The notes beneath the pieces were generated by a model. That model was not told the origin of the DNA. It ran no database searches and was given only the letters and a program-made list of their open reading frames with translations. This document shows positions 17,815 to 27,271 of a stretch of 64,000 nt of DNA, in pieces; positions within the stretch are counted from its first letter, which is position 1, and the number at the start of each line of letters is the position of its first letter. Made by a program: the position numbers and the translations under genes. Source of the stretch: Candidatus Deferrimicrobium sp. GTDB lineage: Bacteria > Desulfobacterota > Deferrimicrobia > Deferrimicrobiales > Deferrimicrobiaceae. The stretch covers positions 2,762 through 66,761 of the forward strand of contig NZ_DASWKA010000043.1 in assembly GCF_036396855.1 (NCBI RefSeq), given 5' to 3'.

Positions 17815-18918
17815 ATGTACCCGATGAACGAAATCTTGCGCGGGATCCGTCCGGGAATGCCGGGGAGGCGGATGCTGCCGGAACTGCTTGCCCTCGTGGT
17901 CCGGGAAGGGGTGCTGGAGAGGTCCCGCGCTTTGTCCGTGTTCAACCTGGACGAACTTTGTGGATCGCTCCATAGGGAGCTCGGGTACGATTTTTCCCGC
18001 GGCAACCGGCGGCGGATGATCCGCCTGCTGATCGATCTTCTCGTTGATTGCGGGTGGATGGAACCGGCCCGATACGGCGACCGGTGGTCCTGTCGACTGC
18101 ACGGGATACACCTGCCGGGGGAGAATCCGGCGGACGCCACGGAGGGTGACGGCCAGGTCGATTTCTTTCGCCGTTGTCTGCGCCTCGTCCCGGGTTACCT
18201 GCGGGGGGAGGAAGCGCCGATCGCCTTCGATGCCGAAAACCTGCACGTGTGGGAGGAGTTCCTCGGTTGCGACGAATTCCAGGCGTGCCGATCCGTCCTG
18301 CTCGACCGGATGGCTTCGATAGCCGGAGATTCCGCCTCCCTTCTGGACCTGTGCCACGGCCCCGGATGGGGAATAGAGAGGGCGATGGAGCGCTGGCCGG
18401 AGGCGCGGATCACAGCGATCGATTTCACGGACGCCTTCGCGGGGAGTGCGAAGGTCCGGGCGGATCGGGGCTACGCGCGGAACGCCGCCCGAGGTCGGGT
18501 GTCCGCTCCCGTCGAATGGTTCGGCCCATCCGACTGGAAAGGTTTCGGCCACCCGCTGCCGTTTCCCGAGGGCGCCTTCGATGCCGTCCTTTTCAGTTGC
18601 GGGGACTCGTACATCCGGCCAGACGCCCGGAACGCGGTCTACGCCGATTTACGACGCGTCCTCGCGCCGGGGGGAATACTGGGAATCCTGACCCGCGGAT
18701 ACCCCGATCCGGAACACCGCCACGTCCCCTCGTACTGGGTCCGCGTCACCGTGCTCATCCATGATTTCTCCGAGAGCGTGTGCGCGGGATGGCACGGATT
18801 CCACGACGTCGGAGAAAACCAGGAGATGTTCTCGCGACTCGGGTTCCGGGGCGCCTGGAGCCCGGGGGGCGCCATGAACCTCCTGGACTCCGCGCTTTGG
18901 ATCCTGAAAAAGGGGTGA
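17815..18918 (+). CDS. class I SAM-dependent methyltransferase with an N-terminal helical domain
   Basis: GAAGGAG upstream. Motif I is LLDLCHGPGWGIE, post-I is ITAIDF, and RVLAPGGILGILT follows. Confidence 0.75.
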   Translation: MYPMNEILRGIRPGMPGRRMLPELLALVVREGVLERSRALSVFNLDELCGSLHRELGYDFSRGNRRRMIRLLIDLLVDCGWMEPARYGDRWSCRLHGIHLPGENPADATEGDGQVDFFRRCLRLVPGYLRGEEAPIAFDAENLHVWEEFLGCDEFQACRSVLLDRMASIAGDSASLLDLCHGPGWGIERAMERWPEARITAIDFTDAFAGSAKVRADRGYARNAARGRVSAPVEWFGPSDWKGFGHPLPFPEGAFDAVLFSCGDSYIRPDARNAVYADLRRVLAPGGILGILTRGYPDPEHRHVPSYWVRVTVLIHDFSESVCAGWHGFHDVGENQEMFSRLGFRGAWSPGGAMNLLDSALWILKKG

Positions 18919-18939
18919 GACGCCGAACCCCGTAAGAGG

Positions 18940-19515
18940 CTATTTTTTCAGGAACGCTTTCCGGAACCCGGGATCCCCGACCATCGCCATGAAAGCGTCA
19001 TCCACCAGCCGGTAGCTTCGCTTTTCCAGTTCCGCGGGATCCGCCGTCCCGGCCGGAGGCGTCTCCACCGTGAATTCCTTCTGGAACGTGGAATCCCCGG
19101 GCTTGATCAGGTTCGCGGTGAAGACGAATTTCTGATCGGAGACCGAGTTCAGGACGATCTGGAGTTCCGGCGCCGTCTCCGTTCCCGCCGTCCACGGATA
19201 AGCGAGAGCTCTCACGCCGATCCGGTTGAACGACTTGACGAAGCAGTCCCAGAAATACGTCTGGAGGGCCGGAGTCGCTTCATAGGCGTACTGGGAATCG
19301 GCGCTGTAGTAATCCCAGATGCTCGTGTTGGCGGCGTTGTTCGTCACGGAAGAGAAGTAAAGGGTTTTCCCCTTGTACGCGGACAGGTTCGCGGTTGCGA
19401 ACGAGGGATTGTAGCTGGTCTGCTTGATGAAGACTTTCGTCCCCCCCCTGGGGCAGCCGGTCAATGCCAGGAAACAGGCGAACAGCAGGACGCCCTTGCA
19501 GACGATTCTTCCCAT
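18940..19515 (-). CDS. lipoprotein of unknown function
   Basis: ORF 18940..20835 trimmed to ATG 19515. MGRIVCKGVLLFACFLALTGC carries a lipobox. Visibly more A/T-ending codons than neighbours. Confidence 0.7.
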   Translation of the reverse strand: MGRIVCKGVLLFACFLALTGCPRGGTKVFIKQTSYNPSFATANLSAYKGKTLYFSSVTNNAANTSIWDYYSADSQYAYEATPALQTYFWDCFVKSFNRIGVRALAYPWTAGTETAPELQIVLNSVSDQKFVFTANLIKPGDSTFQKEFTVETPPAGTADPAELEKRSYRLVDDAFMAMVGDPGFRKAFLKK

Positions 19516-19586
19516 TCGGGTTTCCTCCTCCTCCGGAACCGCCGGCGGCAAGACCGGGCGAATCCCGCGGTTATTGGTGATGGATA

Positions 19587-20735
19587 CTATACCACCGTGA
19601 GAAGCATGTAAGCCATGGAGAACCGGCCGCTTTCCGGGATCATGCAGAGGAGCCGTTCTCCCTTCCGAAGCCGGCCGGAGTGGAACAGCTCCTCGAGGAT
19701 GATGAAGATCGAGGCCGAACCGGTGTTCCCTTTCGTCGCCAGGTTGGAGAACCACCGTACCGGCGGGATGGAAAACCCGATCCCTTCCATCCTCCGCCGG
19801 AGCGGTTCCAGGAAAAAGTCCGAGGAGTAGTGGGGAAGGAACCAGTCCACGTCGGCCGGGACGATCCCATGCCGGGCGATCACGCTCATCAGGGCGCGGT
19901 CGACGGCCATCTTGATGATCTCCCGGTTCAGGAGGCTCACGTCCTGCTGGACGAGAAAAGCGTCCGACGAGGCGGCCTCCCCCGGGGAATCGAAGGAGCG
20001 CCACCCGGTAAGGCTGCCGTCCGCGTTCTTCACAGCCCCGGAATACATGCAGGTTTCCAGTTCGTTGGCGTAGGAGAGATGGTCGATCCAGTCGATCCGG
20101 AGGGCAGGTTTCTCCTCCGGCGGGGTCCCGGAGAGAAAGGCCGCGCCCGCTCCGTCCGACAGCATCCAGCGAAGGAAATCGGCCTGGAAGGCCAGGATCG
20201 GCCGGGCCTCCAGCGCCGTTTCGCTCTCGGGCGGCACATTCCGGAACATCCCGGCCCTCAGGAATGTGGAGGCCAGTTCGGAACCGGTCGCGACCGCGTT
20301 CCGGACAAGTCCCAGGGCAACGTTCATGGCGGCGTATTTCAACGCGCCGATTCCCGAGAGGCAGATTCCGGCCGTTGTGACGACTTCGCAGGGGGCGCCG
20401 CCCAACTCGCCGTGCACCATCAACCCGTGTCCCGGAAGAAGCTGATCCGGTGAGGACGTCCCGCAGGCAAGGCACTCGATCTCCGCGGGGGTGAATCCCG
20501 CGTACGGTTTCAGGCGGCGTACCGCCTCGGCGGTGAGTTGGGCGTTCGTATGCGTGACGCGGCCGGTTGCCGGATCGATGGCGTAGTAGCGCTCCCGGAT
20601 CCGGTTTTTCCGGAGGACAATGCTCCGGGTCCGGGAAGGCGCCCCGCCGATCCTCCCGAGAATGCTCTCCATGGACCGGTTGTCGACCGGCGCGTTCGGA
20701 AGAAACGCCGCCAGGTCGGTGATGTAAGCGTTCAT
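19587..20735 (-). CDS. beta-ketoacyl-ACP synthase III family (FabH/DarB-like) condensing enzyme
   Basis: ORF trimmed to ATG 20735. Candidate active-site Cys in TTAGICLSGIGALKYA, HYSSDFF (His) and KGNTGSASIFIILEE (Asn). Confidence 0.8.
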   Translation of the reverse strand: MNAYITDLAAFLPNAPVDNRSMESILGRIGGAPSRTRSIVLRKNRIRERYYAIDPATGRVTHTNAQLTAEAVRRLKPYAGFTPAEIECLACGTSSPDQLLPGHGLMVHGELGGAPCEVVTTAGICLSGIGALKYAAMNVALGLVRNAVATGSELASTFLRAGMFRNVPPESETALEARPILAFQADFLRWMLSDGAGAAFLSGTPPEEKPALRIDWIDHLSYANELETCMYSGAVKNADGSLTGWRSFDSPGEAASSDAFLVQQDVSLLNREIIKMAVDRALMSVIARHGIVPADVDWFLPHYSSDFFLEPLRRRMEGIGFSIPPVRWFSNLATKGNTGSASIFIILEELFHSGRLRKGERLLCMIPESGRFSMAYMLLTVV

Positions 20736-20749
20736 CTTCGGGGCATACC

Positions 20750-22045
20750 TCAAAGTCTGGCGTTGGCGTGGAACGCCTTGACCAGTCCGGCATACCGCTC
20801 GTAGAACCGTTTTTCGCCCAGGAAGGTCGGGACAACCGCGTTCGTGAGCGTGTAGTAATCGAGATCGTGGAGGACGATCCGGTCCGACCAGGCGGCGTGA
20901 AGGGGGTGGCCTGGAAGGGGAGTGAGTACGGCGAGCAGGGGAAGGTCGATCTTCCGTTCTGTCACATACCGTTCGAGGGCGTCGAATCGCTCCTCGTCGT
21001 AGTCGGGGGACACGATGAAATCGCCCACGATGGAGACCCCCATCTCGTGGAGGATCGCGATGGCTTCGTCGTTCACGGCCACGCTTCCGGATTTGTTCAG
21101 GGAGGCGAGCGCGTCGTCCGTGATCTCCTCGAACCCGATGATCACGGAACGGAGCCCCGCCTCTTTCCAGCGGCGCAGCAGATCGGGGTGGAGGACCACG
21201 GTGTCGGATCGGACGTCGACCACGAAGTTTTTCCGGATGCCGGCTGAGAGGATCCCCTCCGCGAGGAGCGAAGCATGGCGCGGGTCGCCGAAGGTGTTCG
21301 CATCCACGAGACGGATTACCGGGATGTCGCCCAGCGCCCGGATGTCCGCGATCACCGTTTCGACGGTGTGGTTCAGGTACCGGCCGCCGGTGAGGGAGGA
21401 GATGCAGCAGAACGAGCATCGGTACGGACATCCGAACGCCGATGCCACGAAGCCGATCCGGAAGCCGAGCGAGGAGAGCGTGTAGCTGTCCCGATACCGG
21501 GCGACGAGATCGTAGCGGGGCGGACCGGTTTCCACAAGGTCGGCGGGGCCGAATTCCCTGGGGACGAAGGCGAGTCTGCCGCCGGAGTTCGTCCGGGCGA
21601 CGCCGGGCAGGTTGCCGGCATCCCGGTCCGCCTCGATCGCCGCCGCCAGTTCGGCGAAACTGGCCTTGCCGAGGCCCACGACCACGTAATCGATGCAGGA
21701 CCGGTTGAAGAAGTCCGGATCGCAACTGGCGTGGATTCCCCCCGTCACCACGGTGGCGCCGAGGTTTTCCTTGACCTCCTCCGCGAGACGCACCACCGTG
21801 TTCGCTTCGCAGGTGACCGCGGTGAAGCCGACCAGATCCGGCCCGAAGCCCGAGAGGGCGTCGTGGAACCCCCCCGGCTCCGCCTTCAGATCGAGGATCC
21901 GCACCTCGTGATCTTCCAGACCTCCCGCGAGCACTTCCAACGCGAGCGGCTCTCCCCGGAAGATCTGACGGATGGAGTCGATCCCGTAGCGCTCTTCGGG
22001 GATGCTTCGGCCGCAATTCGGCGGGTTGACCAGGAGGATCTTCAT
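20750..22045 (-). CDS. B12-binding domain radical SAM protein
   Basis: N-terminal MKILLVNPP..LEVLAGGLEDHEVRILD (cobalamin-binding Rossmann-like domain). FGCPYRCSFC radical SAM triad. Confidence 0.88.
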   Translation of the reverse strand: MKILLVNPPNCGRSIPEERYGIDSIRQIFRGEPLALEVLAGGLEDHEVRILDLKAEPGGFHDALSGFGPDLVGFTAVTCEANTVVRLAEEVKENLGATVVTGGIHASCDPDFFNRSCIDYVVVGLGKASFAELAAAIEADRDAGNLPGVARTNSGGRLAFVPREFGPADLVETGPPRYDLVARYRDSYTLSSLGFRIGFVASAFGCPYRCSFCCISSLTGGRYLNHTVETVIADIRALGDIPVIRLVDANTFGDPRHASLLAEGILSAGIRKNFVVDVRSDTVVLHPDLLRRWKEAGLRSVIIGFEEITDDALASLNKSGSVAVNDEAIAILHEMGVSIVGDFIVSPDYDEERFDALERYVTERKIDLPLLAVLTPLPGHPLHAAWSDRIVLHDLDYYTLTNAVVPTFLGEKRFYERYAGLVKAFHANARL

Positions 22046-22069
22046 GGGAGCGACGCCACGCGGACCATC

Positions 22070-23272
22070 TCAGCTTCCCGCCGGCTGGGCGTCCGGGGAT
22101 CGGTTCGCCCGCACGGATCGGACCGCAATATAGGTGAGCAAGGCTCCCGCGAAGCCGAGGATCGGACCGATGAGGAGGGATCCCAGCAGCCACTCCCACA
22201 GGCGGAGGTGGATCTCGTCGAGCAGAACGTGCCGATCGAATGCGAACAGAAAACGGCCGTGCAGGAGGAAATGACCGGCCTCCACGCATGCGAGGGGGAC
22301 GAAGGGGGCGCAGCAGACGTTGCTGGCGGCCACCCCGGCCAGCTTGTTCAGGTGAAGGCGGTGGCTGACGTAGACGATCGTCGCGATCCCGAACGGGATG
22401 ATCGGGAGCGCCCCGAGGAAGATCCCGACCCAGACGGCGGCAGCCAGCTCCCCCGCTCCGGAGTGCTCCCTGCTCAACCGCCGGAAAAAACGGACCGGAT
22501 GAAGAATCTCCGTCGTTTTCGGGCTCGCCTCCTCCTTGGGCGATCGCCGGGGGTGGGGCCAGGGCAGGAGGGAACGGATCACCAGCCATGCGTGGAGGCA
22601 GGAGAGTCGCAGGTTGTCGAGGAACGGGTCAAAATGCGAAACCCGCTCCCCGGCGGGCGGGTAATGGACCGGAACCGGAACAGAGAGGAGCGGCAAGCCC
22701 GCCCAAGCCGCCCGAACCAGCACCTCCACTTCGAACGGGAAGCCCGAGGAGAGGAAACGGCCGGAGAGGAGGAAATCCACCGGATAGAGCCGATAGCCGC
22801 TCTGGCTGTCGGGAAGCGCGTGGCCGCATTCCAGCCGCACCCAGAAATTCGAAAAATCGCGGCCGAACACGCTCGAACGCGGGGCATTCGCGTCTTCCAT
22901 CCGGCGGGCCCCGATGGCGACGGCCGGCCAGGACGCGGCGACGGTTTCCAAAAGGCGATGGGCGTCCGCCGGGTCGTGCTGGCCGTCGGCATCGATCGTC
23001 ACGATCGCATCGTATCCCGACCGTTTCGCCAGCTCCGCCGCGGCGAGGATGGCGGCCCCTTTCCCCCGGTTCGACGGGAACCGGTGGCGGGCGACCGGAA
23101 GGTCGACCACCGTGTCGAGCCCGCCGTCCGTGCTGCCGTCATCGAAGACGAGGACGGGGAACCCTTCCGCCAGGCCGTTCAGCGTGACGGCGCGCAGCGT
23201 CGCGGCGTGATTGTAGACCGGGATGACGAGCAAGGTCTTCGGTAACGGCGTTCCCATGGAGCAATTGTACAT
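22070..23272 (-). CDS. family-2 glycosyltransferase fused to a DUF2062-type membrane domain
   Basis: VIPVYNH..VFDDGSTDG..TIDADGQHDP (DXD region) is followed by a C-terminal multi-TM segment (AAVWVGIFLGALPIIPFG..). ATG 23272 overlaps the upstream stop by 1 nt (alternative ATG 23257). Confidence 0.85.
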   Translation of the reverse strand: MYNCSMGTPLPKTLLVIPVYNHAATLRAVTLNGLAEGFPVLVFDDGSTDGGLDTVVDLPVARHRFPSNRGKGAAILAAAELAKRSGYDAIVTIDADGQHDPADAHRLLETVAASWPAVAIGARRMEDANAPRSSVFGRDFSNFWVRLECGHALPDSQSGYRLYPVDFLLSGRFLSSGFPFEVEVLVRAAWAGLPLLSVPVPVHYPPAGERVSHFDPFLDNLRLSCLHAWLVIRSLLPWPHPRRSPKEEASPKTTEILHPVRFFRRLSREHSGAGELAAAVWVGIFLGALPIIPFGIATIVYVSHRLHLNKLAGVAASNVCCAPFVPLACVEAGHFLLHGRFLFAFDRHVLLDEIHLRLWEWLLGSLLIGPILGFAGALLTYIAVRSVRANRSPDAQPAGS

Positions 23273-24801
23273 CAGAGGTCGGCCGGGGTGCCCGGATCGA
23301 TACGGCGTCGGGCCGCCACTTCCAGGAGGATGCCGCCGGATACCCAGGATTTCAGGAGGTGGGAGGTGACCCGGATCTCCTCGAACCCCGAAGCCGACAG
23401 CATGTCCTCGATTTCCCTCCGGCTGTGGGCTTTCAGCCACAACCCCTGCCGCATCGCGTTGCCGATCTGGGCGAAAAGACGGAACAGGGACCGGCGGGCG
23501 GTGATGAAATACAGGGTTCCTCCCGGTTCGATGTGATCCGCGAGGCGGGAAAAAAAGGCGCGCAATTCCGTCAGGTATTCGAGGGAGGAGAAGGCGCAGG
23601 CGACCGTATAGGATCCCTCGAGGTCCATCGTTTCCGCGTTTCCCTCGATCGTCCGGATGTTGCCGAGTCCTTCCCCGGCGGCTTTCCTTTTCAGTATCTC
23701 CAGCATGCTCGCGGAGATGTCGACGGCCGTCACTTCCCGGCAACGTCGCGCGATCGCCAGGGTGAAGATGCCGGTGCCGGCGCCGATCTCGAGCACCCGG
23801 TCCGACGGGGAAAAGAGAGACGGGAGCCGCGCTTCGAAGAGGGCGTATTCGGTCTTGCGGACGATCGAGACGGGGGAACAGAACTGCTCCCGGTCGTAGT
23901 CGGCCGCCAACCCGTCGTAAAAAAGCGCCGCCGGATGCATCTCGCCGGGTGATCCCACCCTTCGCATGACCTCTCTGCCGATCAGGCGGCCGAGGGGAAC
24001 GATCTCCGGGCCCGTCTCCTTCAATCCCCGGAGCAGGGCGTCGAATTCGGCCATGAGGCGCTCCGTCCCGGCGTGTCGCGGCGCGACGTCGTGGAGCGCG
24101 ACGATATCGCCCGGGGAGACCGCTTTCAGCACCTTTTCGGAGAGGCGCCCGATCCGCCGGTTCCCGATGTCGACGGCGCGGCAGCTGTAGTTGACGCAAT
24201 ACATTCCCTGCTCGAGGAGGACCCGCCAGAGGAGCGGATTCGTGATCCCGACGGGGGGGCGGAACGCCAGGGGGACGACGCCGAACCCGGCAAGCACGGA
24301 CTGGGTCGACTCGATCTCCCTACGGAGTGTCCGCATCCCTTTCAGCGTCAGGAACGGAAAGTGGTGGTAGGAGTGGTTGCCGATCGCATGACCGCGGGAC
24401 AGGATGTCCCGGATGATGGAGGGATGACGGGCTGCCCGCTCCCCCGTCACGAAGAACGTCGCCGAAACCGAGTGACGGTCGAGCAGGTCCAGGAGGAGGG
24501 GAGTGACCTCGGGGTCCGGCCCGTCGTCGAACGTGAGGGCCACGCCCTTCTCCCCCGGTTTCCCCCTGCCGATGATCGGGAGGAAGAAGCCGATGCGGGG
24601 CAGGAACGGCGCGATGACGCAGGCGAGGAGAAAGGCGAGCAACGGGAGCGGCGCCGAGCGGAGATCTACGAACAGGAGGATCACGTACAGATGGAACGCG
24701 GCGAACCCCGCGATGTGAGCCGGCGACAGGGGACAAATGATCCGCCGGTTCCCCGGGTGGCGCAACGGGACCCGCGACGGTTTCGGCGCCAGGGGGGTCA
24801 C
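23272..24801 (-). CDS. membrane-anchored NodB polysaccharide deacetylase fused to a class I SAM methyltransferase
   Basis: The GTG start forms a GTGA overlap with the ACP stop. Two N-terminal TM helices. Deacetylase motifs LTFDDGPDP, ATFFVTG and HAIGNHSYHH. C-terminal MTase motif VLEIGAGTGIFT..VTAVDIS. Confidence 0.85.
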   Translation of the reverse strand: MTPLAPKPSRVPLRHPGNRRIICPLSPAHIAGFAAFHLYVILLFVDLRSAPLPLLAFLLACVIAPFLPRIGFFLPIIGRGKPGEKGVALTFDDGPDPEVTPLLLDLLDRHSVSATFFVTGERAARHPSIIRDILSRGHAIGNHSYHHFPFLTLKGMRTLRREIESTQSVLAGFGVVPLAFRPPVGITNPLLWRVLLEQGMYCVNYSCRAVDIGNRRIGRLSEKVLKAVSPGDIVALHDVAPRHAGTERLMAEFDALLRGLKETGPEIVPLGRLIGREVMRRVGSPGEMHPAALFYDGLAADYDREQFCSPVSIVRKTEYALFEARLPSLFSPSDRVLEIGAGTGIFTLAIARRCREVTAVDISASMLEILKRKAAGEGLGNIRTIEGNAETMDLEGSYTVACAFSSLEYLTELRAFFSRLADHIEPGGTLYFITARRSLFRLFAQIGNAMRQGLWLKAHSRREIEDMLSASGFEEIRVTSHLLKSWVSGGILLEVAARRRIDPGTPADL

Positions 24802-25061
24802 TCCCGATGGTTCTGGATGAATTCGGCCAGCGTTCGAAGGGATCGGAGCACCTTGCGGCTGGTCTCCTGGGAGTCGATCCGGATGTGGTATTTCCGCTGG
24901 ACGGCCACGACGATCTCGACCGCATCGAGGGAGTCGAATCCGAAGGGAGACTCCGGCCCGATCAGGGGGGCGTCCGGCGACGGATCGGCGGGCGGCGATT
25001 CCGCGCACCGGCAGGTTTCGATGATCATCTCGACCAGTTCGCGTTCCAGTGCGGATAGCAA
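24798..25061 (-). CDS. acyl carrier protein (ACP 1)
   Basis: 87-aa ORF (TTG start) with the phosphopantetheine site FGFDSLDAVEIVVAV. Confidence 0.8.
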   Translation of the reverse strand: MLSALERELVEMIIETCRCAESPPADPSPDAPLIGPESPFGFDSLDAVEIVVAVQRKYHIRIDSQETSRKVLRSLRTLAEFIQNHRE

Positions 25062-25101
25062 ACGATTCTCCTCGGGATCGCGCCGTCTTCGCGCGCGATG
25101 T

Positions 25102-26442
25102 TCACTCGCCTTCGCTCCTTCTCCGAAGAGACCACCAGGCGACCGAAAGGGTTGCGAGCGAAAAGAGCGTCAATCGGGCCAGGTTCGGACCGACCGTCCA
25201 CAGCGTGCCTTCCCGTACGAAGACGTCCTGGAAGGCGTTCAATCCCCACGCGAGCGGGGAGACGACGGAAACGGCCTGCATGGACCGGGGCATCACGTAG
25301 ACCGGGATCATGACGCCTCCGAGGGCCGCCGCGATCACGATGGACACCGCGCCGAACACCGACGCCTGCTCGTAGCTCCTTGCCAAAACGCCGACCATTA
25401 TGCCATAGCCGGTCGCCGCCAGGGCGGCGGAGAGAGCGACGATCCCGACGACCGGCCATTCGGGCCCCACGACCAGTCCCGACGTACCGAGCAGCGGCAA
25501 GGCGAACGAGCCGATCGCCACCATCAGGGCGAACTGCGCCGTGCAGACCAGGAGGTAGGCGATGACTTTCCCCGCCAGCAGACCCGCGAGGGATATCGGC
25601 ATGGTCATCAGACGCCGGAGGGTCCCGGATTGCCGCTCGCGTATCAACGCGCCGGAGACGGGAACGACGATGAAGAACATTCCGAAGAGCGCCCATGCGG
25701 GAACGTTCTGCTGCGCCGCTGTCGGCCTCCTCGGCGATCGGCCTCCGGAATCCGGAGCCTCCCTCAAATTCAGCACGGGTTCGGTATCCAGCTCGAAGCG
25801 GAGGGGCGGTGCCTGCTTCGTGGCGTCGCCCCCGGGAGGGAGCGGGATCCCTCCCCCCATCCCCTGCCGCATCTTTCGTTCGATCGTATCGGACAGGGCG
25901 GCGCCCTTTTCCCGCAACTCGATCCCGAGCAGGACGCGCTGGAGAGAGTTGACGACGGCCGTCCGGAAGGCTCCCTGGACCGCGGGATCGAAATGGAGGA
26001 TCACCCCCGGAACCGTGGCGGGAACGGCCGGCTTCGCCGGTTTCGAGGCCGGAACGAACGACTCCTCGGCCCTTCGCCGGACCTGTTCCCGGAGGGCGGC
26101 GCCGGTGCCGGGCGCGAGGAGGATGAAGAACCGGTATTCGCCGTCGACGACGGCTTTCCGGGCCGCCTGCTCGCTGATCTCGCGGTCCCCCTGTTTCCGG
26201 ATCAGTTCCAGTCCTCCATCGATGCGAAGATGATTTTCGACCGCCCGCCCGAGGAAACCGTTGTCGAGATCGACCAGGAGGACACGGATCGGCGTCTCGC
26301 CCGTCGCCTGCATGACGTTGTCCTGCACCAGCGACACGATGAGCACGAGCGCCATCGGCATCACGAGGAGCACCAGGATGCCGGCCCGGTCCCTGCGGAG
26401 TTCGAGCAACTCTTTCCGGATGGTGGCGAGGAGGGTCGTCAT
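25102..26442 (-). CDS. ABC-2 type transporter permease
   Basis: N-terminal IRKELLELRRDRAGILVLLVMP, a large periplasmic loop, then a C-terminal 5-TM bundle. Confidence 0.85.
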   Translation of the reverse strand: MTTLLATIRKELLELRRDRAGILVLLVMPMALVLIVSLVQDNVMQATGETPIRVLLVDLDNGFLGRAVENHLRIDGGLELIRKQGDREISEQAARKAVVDGEYRFFILLAPGTGAALREQVRRRAEESFVPASKPAKPAVPATVPGVILHFDPAVQGAFRTAVVNSLQRVLLGIELREKGAALSDTIERKMRQGMGGGIPLPPGGDATKQAPPLRFELDTEPVLNLREAPDSGGRSPRRPTAAQQNVPAWALFGMFFIVVPVSGALIRERQSGTLRRLMTMPISLAGLLAGKVIAYLLVCTAQFALMVAIGSFALPLLGTSGLVVGPEWPVVGIVALSAALAATGYGIMVGVLARSYEQASVFGAVSIVIAAALGGVMIPVYVMPRSMQAVSVVSPLAWGLNAFQDVFVREGTLWTVGPNLARLTLFSLATLSVAWWSLRRRSEGE

Positions 26443-26455
26443 TTCCGTCTCCGTG

Positions 26456-27271
26456 TCAATCGCGCAGATTCCTTCCCGTGAGACGCAGGAAGGATTCCTC
26501 GAGGTTGGAGCACCCGTCCATGCCGGCGATCAGGGATCGCGGGGACCCCTCGGCGATGATCTTTCCGCGGTCCATGATGGCCACCCGCCCGCACAGGTTC
26601 TCCGCTTCCTCCATGTAGTGTGTCGTGTATACGATCGTCGCGCCGTCGTCGCGGAGGGTCTTTAGGTTTTCGAGGATCAGGTTCCGGGACTGGGCGTCGA
26701 TGCCGACCGTGGGCTCGTCGAGGAACAGGACGCGGGGGGAGTGCAGGATGGCGCCGGCGAGATTCGCCCGCCGCTTCATCCCGCCGGAAAAAGTGTCGAT
26801 CCGGGTTCCGCCGCGATCGGACAGGCCGACCAGCGCGAGGCATTCCTCGATGCGCCTCCGGAGGACCCGCCCGGACAGTCCGTAAAGGCTGCCGAAGTAA
26901 TGGAGATTTTCCCGGGCCGTGAGGCTCGGGTAAAGGGCGATCTCCTGGGGGGCCAGCCCGAACAGGCTTTGCAACCGGGCCGGGCTACGCTGCGTGTCCT
27001 GCGAGCAGAGGATCGCGCTGCCGCTGGTGGGCCGGAGCAGGGTGCAGAGGATGGAGATGACGGTCGTCTTCCCGGCGCCGTTCGGGCCCAGCAGGCCGAA
27101 GATTTCCCCTCGCCTCACGGCGAAGTCGATTCCGTCGACCGCGGGGGTCGTGGTTCCGCGATACACCTTCACCAGGCGTCGCACCTGAAGGATCTCATCC
27201 CCGGTTCCCGTTTCCGTCGCATCGCAACGGATGGGTTCCCTTCCGGTCGGGACGTTACCGTCGGACGGCAT
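26456..27271 (-). CDS. ABC transporter ATP-binding protein
   Basis: Walker A GPNGAGKTT, signature FSGGMKRR and Walker B VLFLDEPT. Confidence 0.92.
   Translation of the reverse strand: MPSDGNVPTGREPIRCDATETGTGDEILQVRRLVKVYRGTTTPAVDGIDFAVRRGEIFGLLGPNGAGKTTVISILCTLLRPTSGSAILCSQDTQRSPARLQSLFGLAPQEIALYPSLTARENLHYFGSLYGLSGRVLRRRIEECLALVGLSDRGGTRIDTFSGGMKRRANLAGAILHSPRVLFLDEPTVGIDAQSRNLILENLKTLRDDGATIVYTTHYMEEAENLCGRVAIMDRGKIIAEGSPRSLIAGMDGCSNLEESFLRLTGRNLRD

Noticed and set aside
18919-18939. A bidirectional terminator in the 21-nt gap between convergent genes.
   Set aside because: No inverted repeat or T-tract is visible in the gap.
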